Below are positions 1 through 9,563 of a DNA stretch of 64,000 nucleotides, piece by piece. The position numbers and the translations under genes are program-made. This DNA is from an uncultured delta proteobacterium (GTDB taxonomy: Bacteria > Desulfobacterota > Desulfomonilia > UBA1062): NCBI GenBank assembly GCA_963798485.1, contig CAWCTR010000021.1:1-64000 (forward strand), in the 5' to 3' direction. The notes beneath the pieces were generated by a model. That model saw only the letters and a program-made list of their open reading frames with translations, was not told the DNA's origin and ran no database searches. The number at the start of each line of letters is the position of its first letter. Position 1 is the stretch's first letter.

Positions 1-33
1 CCCTGGGGGTGAGATTCCCCCGGGCTACTCGAC
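1..33 (+). mobile_element. 3' end (domain VI and AC terminus) of a group II intron; the rest lies outside the window
   Basis: CCCTGGGGGTGAGATTCCCCCGGGCTACTCGAC forms a hairpin followed by CTACTCGAC. This matches the typical bacterial group II intron domain VI with bulged A and AY terminus. Domain V and the RT ORF are not in the window. Confidence 0.8.
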
Positions 34-130
34 TTGGCGCTCTGCAAGAGTCTGAAAACTGATGATCTGCTGATGTTATCTGTATAAAGAGCTGTTCTGT
101 TACTGATCACGCATCATGGCACGAAATCTA
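34..130 (+). repeat. Degenerate repeat element, copy A (left end cut by the intron)
   Basis: CTGAAAACTGATGATCTGCTGATG at 52-75 and TGGCACGAAATCTA at 117-130; AAAAC-to-TGGCAC distance is 62 nt. Confidence 0.7.
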
Positions 131-190
131 TTGGCGTCATATGTCCATTTTGGACATACTATTATTACAGAAAAACGCAGACTCAAAATG

Positions 191-892
191 TTAGTAATCT
201 TCTTCAAATTCATTGCCTAACATATGAATTGTTATTTCTATCTTACCATTCTCCAACCTTTTAAAGGTCCGGCCCCAATTTTCAGGTTCAGATCCATCGT
301 AGACATAAATGCATAATTGTTTGTTTTCAATTTTAATTCCATTAGTTATAAGGAGACCACATACCATACCTCTTATATTTTTACGGTCAGAATTGCCATA
401 CGTGTTTTTTATCTCCTGACCGTTAAGAAGAATTTTCCCCATATTCCCAATTAGATACACACGATTAGGTTGAACAGAAAATTGAAGTCTTATGTCCTCT
501 TTTGAGTATTCTTCCACACATGTAATTGTTTCTCTTCCAATGCAGGAGTAATGATAATATGAAAATATCACGGTATGTACCCCTGGCAGAAATTCTATAA
601 ATGCAGGGTCATTACCTGGCAAGTCATCTATTGCTATGCCATCTATTGATGATAATTTGTAATCGCCCTCAGTATATAGAACTGCTATTTTTTCAGGGGA
701 CAATAATGGACCCTTGTATGTCCTTATAGGTTCTCCAGGGGAAAGACGTTGGCCTATCATTAATCCAGTGAGCGTGCCTCTGTCTCCAAATTGCTTTTGA
801 GACCATCTCATCATACCCTGACTACTACACCCTCCCATAGTCAGCCATATAATCAAGAAGATGATGTTCCACTCTACAATTCTAATTTTCAC
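191..892 (-). CDS. Hypothetical lipoprotein
   Basis: 233 aa ORF with GTG start in AT-rich DNA. Hydrophobic N-terminus ends in a lipobox-like LTMGGC. The YxGPLLSPEKIAVL...SIDG...LPGVHT pattern resembles small beta-rich lipoproteins. Confidence 0.7.
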   Translation of the reverse strand: MKIRIVEWNIIFLIIWLTMGGCSSQGMMRWSQKQFGDRGTLTGLMIGQRLSPGEPIRTYKGPLLSPEKIAVLYTEGDYKLSSIDGIAIDDLPGNDPAFIEFLPGVHTVIFSYYHYSCIGRETITCVEEYSKEDIRLQFSVQPNRVYLIGNMGKILLNGQEIKNTYGNSDRKNIRGMVCGLLITNGIKIENKQLCIYVYDGSEPENWGRTFKRLENGKIEITIHMLGNEFEEDY

Positions 893-1070
893 CGTACATA
901 CCTTTTTGAAAGAATATATTTGAGACTAATATTATACTATATTTATTGATTATTTTCAAGGACAACATCATCCCATATTTAAAGCATATTCAGCCTCGGG
1001 TATAGTGCCTCATGATAGGCTGTACCAATAATAAGCGATAAAATAATCGTAGAGATATCAGAATAGATAT

Positions 1071-1188
1071 TGCGATATCTTCTCGGTTTTGAGAAAGCTG
1101 AAAACTAAACATATATTTTCAAATCTATGATATTTAGGCTATAGGCTCAAAGCGCCTATCTTGGTACGAATTCTACACTTTTTATTAA
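1071..1188 (+). repeat. Degenerate repeat element, copy B
   Basis: TGCGATA (1071), GGTTTTG (1085), CTGAAAACT (1098), TGGTACGAATTCTACACTTTTTATTAA (1162-1188); AAAAC-to-TGGTAC distance is 61 nt. Confidence 0.65.
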
Positions 1189-1284
1189 GGGTACGCTTAC
1201 GATATTACAACCACACTATTGACTTCTAAAATAACAGGGGTATTTTATTTCAATGAAATAATATTCTCACATGAAACCTTCTAG

Positions 1285-1968
1285 TTGCAGACTTTGTGGT
1301 CTATACTGCCAGTTGTAGACGGGGAACACATGAGAGGAGAGCTTAAAATCATCTTAGTGTTGAATAATGGACTTTATAATAGCGGTACATATTTGAAATA
1401 TATTTATTCAGTACTTTTGATTAATTCTCTATTTGGAATCGTCCTTGCAACATCGGTTTCAGCAGGTAATTTTTATCTCTATGGAGAATATGGTATTTAT
1501 TTACCACAATCAAAAAATGATAAAGTGGAAATCCAAGATGGATGGAATGCTATATTAGGAGGGGGGTATGCTTTTAAAGATTATGCTGCAGAACTCGACC
1601 TCGGTTTCACTGATAGTAGTAAATTAAAAGGGAGCAAAATACAACCTTCTGCCTGGGGAGCTACTTATCCCGATCTAACTATTTTTTTCATACAACCTTG
1701 TTTAAAATTCCAACCAAGAGGTATCCCGATTTATTTTAAGATTGGACCCAGGTTTTATTATATATATTCGGAACTCATGACATTGCCTGGAGATTATGTG
1801 ACATATTCAGATAATCCCATCGGGGCTTTTGCCAGTGCTGGCCTCAGTTATCATGGCTATGGGATTGAAATAAAATATTTCAAGGTGACAGCTAAACTAA
1901 GACAGGTAGATGTTCCTTGCGATGGATTTACTGCAAGTATGACTTTTCTTTACGATTTTAATAGATAA
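1285..1968 (+). CDS. Putative outer-membrane beta-barrel protein; real start probably TTG at 1393
   Basis: From 1393 there is a signal-peptide-like stretch (KYIYSVLLINSLFGIVLATSVSA). Alternating aromatic/Gly beta-strand patterns follow, and the C-terminus is TFLYDFNR. Confidence 0.6.
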   Translation: MQTLWSILPVVDGEHMRGELKIILVLNNGLYNSGTYLKYIYSVLLINSLFGIVLATSVSAGNFYLYGEYGIYLPQSKNDKVEIQDGWNAILGGGYAFKDYAAELDLGFTDSSKLKGSKIQPSAWGATYPDLTIFFIQPCLKFQPRGIPIYFKIGPRFYYIYSELMTLPGDYVTYSDNPIGAFASAGLSYHGYGIEIKYFKVTAKLRQVDVPCDGFTASMTFLYDFNR

Positions 1969-2183
1969 TGATAAGAATATAATAGATTTATTAGTCAATT
2001 AAATCATATGCTAAGGCTTTTAAAAATTGTTTTTTTAATAAGGTTCTATCATCTGTTGATGTCACTTAAGTAATTTAACTTACGTTATCATTCATTTATC
2101 TTTTATTATTCATAAAATAACAGAACCTTACATATCTTCAATAAATTGCTAACCTCAATCTAAAATTACGAACCATTGATCTC

Positions 2184-2302
2184 TGCGATAAATCGGTGGT
2201 TTTGAACATGCCCCAAAACCGATGATCTCCTGATGAGAGTTATACTTTCTGGAACCAAACTCAGAGTATAACGATTGGCACGCTATCTTGACTTTTTATG
2301 AA
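2184..2302 (+). repeat. Degenerate repeat element, copy C
   Basis: TGCGATA (2184), GGTTTTG (2198), CAAAACCGATGATCTCCTGATG (2214-2235), TGGCACGCTATCTTGACTTTTTATGAA (2276-2302); AAAAC-to-TGGCAC distance is 61 nt. Confidence 0.7.
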
Positions 2303-2373
2303 TATGCAAAAGAGTCCATTGTCAGATCTTGTTTTAGTGTAGGTTCACTATTTGTAAGATTAAATCATAGCTG

Positions 2374-4221
2374 TTATAATTCATAAAACGGCATGGTGAT
2401 CTCATATGCCCCGCTTGACAGGCTTGACTTCACCGGGAGGCCTGATTTTTCGAACACCTTTAACATGGATTTATTCGATGCAAGGACGTCGGCTACGAAT
2501 CCCTGAAGTCCACGCTCCTTGGCAAGGCGTATGAGCATTTCAAACAGAGAAGAGGCAATCCCAAGGCCTTGATACTCTTCATCAACGACAAAGGCGACAT
2601 CACCATAAGGCCGGTTTCTGTCTTTGACGAAGCGCGCCTCTGCAATAATGTGCTCCTGATCCAGAGGGCCTATCAGGGCTACGATAGACAATATGCGGTT
2701 ACAGTCAACATTTACATACTGCTGCATCTTTGCATGGGGCATGGTCTTTATGGGGCTGAAGTAGCGATAATAAACGGTCTGATCGGAAAAACGATAAAAG
2801 AGGCGGCGCATCTCTTCTTCATCAGAAGGTTTGATATGGCGGAATCTTACTTCTATGCCGCCTTTGAATTTATGTCTTGCCGTGATATCAGCTGGGTACA
2901 AGGTCGCACATTGAGGCAGGAAGATCTGATCGGGGTAGAGAATATTTTTTTTCTTCCCTTCCTCAACAAGACGTTCCCTGTCCTCTGGGTGCGCCACATC
3001 AATGAGTGCCTGGGCCCGTTCGCGAACGGTTCTCCCTCTAAGGTTGGCTACTCCGTATTCTGTAATCACCATGTCCACGGATTCTCTAAACCCGAGAAGG
3101 TTGGGGAGTTCTTCAACGGAAAGGAGGATATTGGGATTACCCTTGCGGTTCCTGCTTGGTAGGGCAAAGATAACACAGCCGCCTTTGGAAAGCTCTGCTC
3201 CATTAATGAAATCCATGGCCTCACCCGGGGTGGTTGCAACAGCACCTTTGCCGATATGAAGTGCTATGCGACCGGAAATATCAACTTTACGGGCCGGTAT
3301 TATGGAGATGAAACGCGGGTTGAGGCCTATCTGAACCGGATTGAAGACGAGGTCTATACCCTGGAATTCAACCAGTGGGTTCTTGTCAAGCCAGTGCATA
3401 AGATCCTTGGTGCCGAAGGCATAAGAGACAAGGGATTTCCCCCGGTAGATACCTTTGTTTCTGTTTGTCACTGCACCGCTGTCTATCAGTTCCATAAGTG
3501 CATCCGTAATGAAAGGGGAATGGACTCCCAAGTTTTTTTTGTGCTCAAGATGCTTGCCCAAGGCCTCATAGATAGGGCCTATGGAAAATGAAATGCAGCT
3601 GCCATCTTCAACTACGGATGCAATATTTAAGGCTACCTGATCAAAGATATCATCAACAGGCCACCTGGCAAAATACAGGGGATCGTCCTCTGAGTGTATG
3701 AGGAAATCAAATTCACTGACAGAGATAAATGTATCACCAAAGGTATACGGCACCTTGGTATTGATCTCTCCTACCACCAGTTCCGCCCGCTCAATTGCCT
3801 GCCTTGCCACATCTACTGATACGCCGAGGCTGACATAACCGGCCTCATTAGGTGGTGTCACTTGGATAAAGACTGCATTTATAGGGAGTTGGCCCGACTC
3901 GATAAGCGCCGGAATACGGGTAAACCGGCTTGGAATAAGGTCAACATGCCCTTGCGTAATGGCGCTGCTCGCTGCCCACCCTGAAAAAAAGGTCTTCAGT
4001 CTGAACTTCTGGGTCTGCAATTCCTTCATGGTAATGAGATCACCAAGGCACACGAGTTGAATCAGCTCAAGGTCTTGCAAGTTCGGCAAATCAGAGTTCA
4101 TGAGGTGTTTGACAAGTGTCCTGGGCTCAGCAGCCCCTGTGCCAAGAAAGATCTTCATGCCGGGTTCGATCTTTTCCATGACATCAGATGGGCTGACAAT
4201 TTTCTCTTTCCAGTCACGCAT
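2374..4221 (-). CDS. Acetyl-CoA hydrolase/4-hydroxybutyrate CoA-transferase-family domain fused to a C-terminal Pat-like GNAT acetyltransferase (catalytic Glu absent)
   Basis: Family motifs SLGVSVD, VITEYGVANLRGRTVRERAQALI.VAHP; GNAT motif VVDEEYQGLGIAS. ATG at 4221 is preceded by GAAGGA. HSP occurs in place of HSE. Confidence 0.85.
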   Translation of the reverse strand: MRDWKEKIVSPSDVMEKIEPGMKIFLGTGAAEPRTLVKHLMNSDLPNLQDLELIQLVCLGDLITMKELQTQKFRLKTFFSGWAASSAITQGHVDLIPSRFTRIPALIESGQLPINAVFIQVTPPNEAGYVSLGVSVDVARQAIERAELVVGEINTKVPYTFGDTFISVSEFDFLIHSEDDPLYFARWPVDDIFDQVALNIASVVEDGSCISFSIGPIYEALGKHLEHKKNLGVHSPFITDALMELIDSGAVTNRNKGIYRGKSLVSYAFGTKDLMHWLDKNPLVEFQGIDLVFNPVQIGLNPRFISIIPARKVDISGRIALHIGKGAVATTPGEAMDFINGAELSKGGCVIFALPSRNRKGNPNILLSVEELPNLLGFRESVDMVITEYGVANLRGRTVRERAQALIDVAHPEDRERLVEEGKKKNILYPDQIFLPQCATLYPADITARHKFKGGIEVRFRHIKPSDEEEMRRLFYRFSDQTVYYRYFSPIKTMPHAKMQQYVNVDCNRILSIVALIGPLDQEHIIAEARFVKDRNRPYGDVAFVVDEEYQGLGIASSLFEMLIRLAKERGLQGFVADVLASNKSMLKVFEKSGLPVKSSLSSGAYEITMPFYEL

Positions 4222-4310
4222 AACATTTCCTTCATAGTTTATGTTCATTCAAGACACCTATAATGGCAACAACTTGTTTTGAAAAGGGGGAAATACACAG
4301 AAATTATGGA

Positions 4311-4346
4311 AATAAAACGCCACCCCATCAATCAGACGGGGTGGCG
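4311..4346 (-). terminator. Intrinsic terminator downstream of hppA
   Basis: Stem CGCCACCCC (4318-4326) / GGGGTGGCG (4338-4346), followed on the minus strand by TTTTATT. Confidence 0.75.
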
Positions 4347-4373
4347 CCCAGAGTTTCTTTTATTAGCTTCTAA

Positions 4374-6815
<2,442 letters not shown>

Positions 6816-7025
6816 GTCTCATCTCCTTGTTTATTGGTCACTACATCGAATATGCGCCCATAACAGGCACATTTCTATCCTAGCTCCAAATTTAATATTA
6901 TATCTGTAAATTATCTCTGTCTGATATATGTTGCATAAGCACTGGTTTGTGCTTTGATAGATGCTACCCCTCTCCTACGAACCCACCCAATTCCTTCATG
7001 AGTGAATCATCATTCAGCCCACAAA

Positions 7026-7054
7026 AAGGTACAATAGGTCGTTTTCACTGTCAA
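7026..7054 (-). promoter_or_regulatory. Candidate sigma70 promoter for hppA
   Basis: Minus strand TTGACA-17 nt-TACCTT, about 210 nt upstream of the hppA start. Confidence 0.45.
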
Positions 7055-7153
7055 GACTTTTTTTATAGCTCAGTAGTGGTTGCATAGACTGGCGTATTAG
7101 GTAACTGAACAATATATTGAAGGATTTACGGGCACGCACCTTTAATAAGTATT

Positions 7154-7918
7154 TCAGGGGGCAAAACCCAGTTGAAGAGAGACTTGTTGAGAAGTGAATT
7201 TTACGGCTTCAATGATGTCATCCCGTCGTTTAGCTATATTATCAGGGTTTCCCGTTATGGCAAACGCTGCGATCACCATGCCCATATGGTTGAAGATCGG
7301 TCCGCCGATCCCTGCAAGTCCATTGATGTTCTCCTGGTTGTCAAAACTGACCCCGGTGGCCTTAACGCGTTCTATCTCTTTCAAGAAGACCTGCTTGGAA
7401 GTGATGGTGTTTGATGTCCATTGCTCGAAGTTGTAGTTGGCCAGGAGAAGGTCACGCTTTTCCGTGTCTATGAAGGCCAGGAGCGCTTTACCAATGCATG
7501 TTGAGTGGGCGGGAATGACGGAACCTGCCTGCGGGAAGACCATGTAGCGGTTTTCCGGCTCGGTACGCATGACGATCATGACCTTTTCGCCCACGAGCAT
7601 ACCCGCATTTACCGGTTCCATGAACTGGAAGCAGAGACGTTCCATCCATGACCTTCCAATTGTAACAAGGTCCATGTTGGTGGCGCATTTCATGCCGAGC
7701 TGAAATATGTGCGGACCAAGGCGATATTTATTGGTTAACGGGTCCTTCTCCAAATAACCGATTGCCTCCAAGGTGGAAACTATCGTAGCTATGGTTGACT
7801 TGGGTAGACCGAGGAGTTTTGAAAATTCTGTTATGCCGAGTGTCTTTTTCTCTTGGACGAATAGGGCCAGGATGTCAGAGGCCCGCTTGATGGATTGGAT
7901 CAGACGTCTTTCCTTCAT
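7154..7918 (-). CDS. IclR-family transcriptional regulator
   Basis: N-terminal QSIKRASDIL...LGLPKST HTH; effector-domain motifs PAHSTCIGKALL and T.NTIT. Confidence 0.92.
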   Translation of the reverse strand: MKERRLIQSIKRASDILALFVQEKKTLGITEFSKLLGLPKSTIATIVSTLEAIGYLEKDPLTNKYRLGPHIFQLGMKCATNMDLVTIGRSWMERLCFQFMEPVNAGMLVGEKVMIVMRTEPENRYMVFPQAGSVIPAHSTCIGKALLAFIDTEKRDLLLANYNFEQWTSNTITSKQVFLKEIERVKATGVSFDNQENINGLAGIGGPIFNHMGMVIAAFAITGNPDNIAKRRDDIIEAVKFTSQQVSLQLGFAP

Positions 7919-8014
7919 CTCGTCTATTCCTTTTCTGATTCTATTTTATTGTTTTGGCCGTCTTGCTTTGAATTACGCTGTGTCTTTCTATTTTTCCAGC
8001 ACCACAATTTTGAT

Positions 8015-8043
8015 TTGACACACAAGCTCTCTCCGTCTATAAT
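8015..8043 (+). promoter_or_regulatory. Perfect consensus sigma70 promoter for the dehydratase/reductase operon
   Basis: TTGACA (8015-8020), 17 nt spacer, TATAAT (8038-8043). Confidence 0.85.
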
Positions 8044-8051
8044 CGGTACAT

Positions 8052-8070
8052 TGTTCGACATTGTCGAACA
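8052..8070. promoter_or_regulatory. Putative IclR operator
   Basis: Perfect palindrome TGTTCGACA-T-TGTCGAACA just downstream of the -10 box, beside a divergent IclR gene. The GTTCG...CGAAC core resembles PcaR/PobR-type IclR sites. Confidence 0.75.
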
Positions 8071-8104
8071 TATCTTTTAAGACAACGGGTGTCAACAGGT
8101 ATAA

Positions 8105-8383
8105 GGTGAGATCTGTTAGTCAGGTCCGGCCGTTATGCTTAGATACCTGGACCAGTCAGAAGAGACTGACCGGGCATTGAAGAGGCATGGGGTCGGCCGG
8201 ACATGGCTGCACATCGGCGATATCACCGACATGGATGCGGACGGCTTCTTCTATCTCAAGCTGCGTCAGAAGCGTATGATCAAGTCATCGGGTGTAAATG
8301 TATATCCTGCACAGGTCGAAGATGTATTGCGCCGACATTCAGATAAGGATACATCTAAAATAATGATGAAGGAGTTTACATGA
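8105..8383 (+). pseudogene. Internal fragment of an AMP-dependent acyl-CoA ligase
   Basis: Frame reads GEIC*SGPAVML.Y...WLHIGD...DADGFFY...RQKRMIKSSGVNVYPAQVE. In-frame TAG at 8117-8119; the N-terminal domain and the C-terminal end are missing. Confidence 0.85.
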
Positions 8384-9495
8384 AATTATCTCGGGAATAT
8401 ATCCGGGCATCTTCCGATCCCCACGGTTATGCAAGGGATTTGAAGGCGGCTGGAAAAAAGATCCTCGGGTATTTCTGTTCCTATACCCCCGAAGAGATCA
8501 TCCATGCTGCAGGCATTCATCCTTTGAGGCTCTTCGGCAGCATGGGGGACTCGGGCATCGCGGACAGACACCTTCAGGCCTACTGCTGCTCGCTGGTAAG
8601 AGGGGCGCTGGCGGATGGTCTCTCAGGGACCTTGTCTTACCTTGACGGGGCCGTATTCCCTCATACCTGCGACTCCATCCAGCGGCTCTCGGACATCTGG
8701 AGGTTGAATACATCCTTCCGGTTCTTCGCCGATGTCGTACTCCCGGTCAAGCTCACTACCGACAGCTCCAGGCAATACCTGGAGGATGTCCTGAGAAAGT
8801 TCAAGGCCGACCTGGAAAAGGGATTTTCAATCACCATCACTGATAATGCAATGAGGTCCTCAATACACACCTACAACATCATCCGCTCATCCATGAAGAT
8901 CCTGTATGAGATGCATTCGAAGAACCCTGCGCTCCTTTCCAGCAGCGACCTGAACAGGGTCATGAGGGCATCGGTCATACTCGATCGTGAGCAAGCAGCA
9001 CGGATGCTCAGCAAACTCATCGATCAGCTCAAGGCAATCAATCCAACAACCCAGCGTGACAGGAAGCGCATCATGCTCGTAGGCAGTGTCTGTGACCAGC
9101 CTGACATATATTCGTTGCTCGATCGTTCAGGTGCCGATGTGGTTTGGGATGACCTCTGCACAGGGTCACGCTATTTTGAAGGGGCAATCAGCGCCGATGG
9201 CGACCCCATAACCGCCCTTGCGCAGAGATATTTTGAAAGGATCATCTGCCCTGCAAAGCATTCGTCCATAACCGCACGTGGGGAAAATCTCGTGAGGTAT
9301 GCCCATGAACACGATATCCACGGGGTCATATTCCTCCTCCTGAAATTCTGCGATCCGCATAGCTTTGACTACCCGTACCTTAAGGAATATCTGGACAAGG
9401 AGGGTATGCCGAACATGCTTCTTGAGATCGAGGGCCAGCTTCCGCCCGAGAGTCAGCTCCTCACCCGGTTTGATACCTTCATCCAGATGCTGTAG
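8380..9495 (+). CDS. 2-hydroxyacyl-CoA dehydratase / benzoyl-CoA reductase family subunit (HgdB/BzdN-like)
   Basis: Motifs GYFCSYTPEEIIHAAG, HTCDSIQRL, DDLCTGSR, KFCDPH. Confidence 0.88.
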   Translation: MKLSREYIRASSDPHGYARDLKAAGKKILGYFCSYTPEEIIHAAGIHPLRLFGSMGDSGIADRHLQAYCCSLVRGALADGLSGTLSYLDGAVFPHTCDSIQRLSDIWRLNTSFRFFADVVLPVKLTTDSSRQYLEDVLRKFKADLEKGFSITITDNAMRSSIHTYNIIRSSMKILYEMHSKNPALLSSSDLNRVMRASVILDREQAARMLSKLIDQLKAINPTTQRDRKRIMLVGSVCDQPDIYSLLDRSGADVVWDDLCTGSRYFEGAISADGDPITALAQRYFERIICPAKHSSITARGENLVRYAHEHDIHGVIFLLLKFCDPHSFDYPYLKEYLDKEGMPNMLLEIEGQLPPESQLLTRFDTFIQML

Positions 9496-9499
9496 AATT

Positions 9500-9522
9500 G
9501 TAGGAGCGGCTTTAGCCGCGAA
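9500..9522 (+). repeat. GTAG-family REP element, with a partial repeat TAGCCGCGAA at 9531-9540
   Basis: GTAGGAGCGGCTTTAGCCGCGAA: GTAG tetranucleotide plus GCGGCT/AGCCGC stem, located just after a stop codon. Confidence 0.75.
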
Positions 9523-9563
9523 GGTCGCGATAGCCGCGAAAGCATAAGAGAAAAGGAGATGCC

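Noticed and set aside
140-158. Palindrome TATGTCCA-TTT-TGGACATA as a terminator
   Set aside because: The stem is AT-rich with no U-tract on either strand. It may be an operator, but nothing else supports that.
117-2292. Sigma54 promoters at the TGGYACG boxes (117, 1162, 2276)
   Set aside because: The -24 element matches, but none has TTGC at the required -12 spacing, and copies A and C point at the 3' ends of minus-strand genes. Decayed promoters cannot be fully excluded.
34-2302. Integron attC sites
   Set aside because: No complementary RYYYAAC...GTTRRRY pair follows either ORF. In copy C the GTTATAC/GTATAAC pair is in the wrong order, the ORFs face opposite ways, and no intI gene is in the window.
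34-2302. CRISPR array
   Set aside because: The repeats are long and degenerate, the intervals are about 1 kb, and there are no cas genes.
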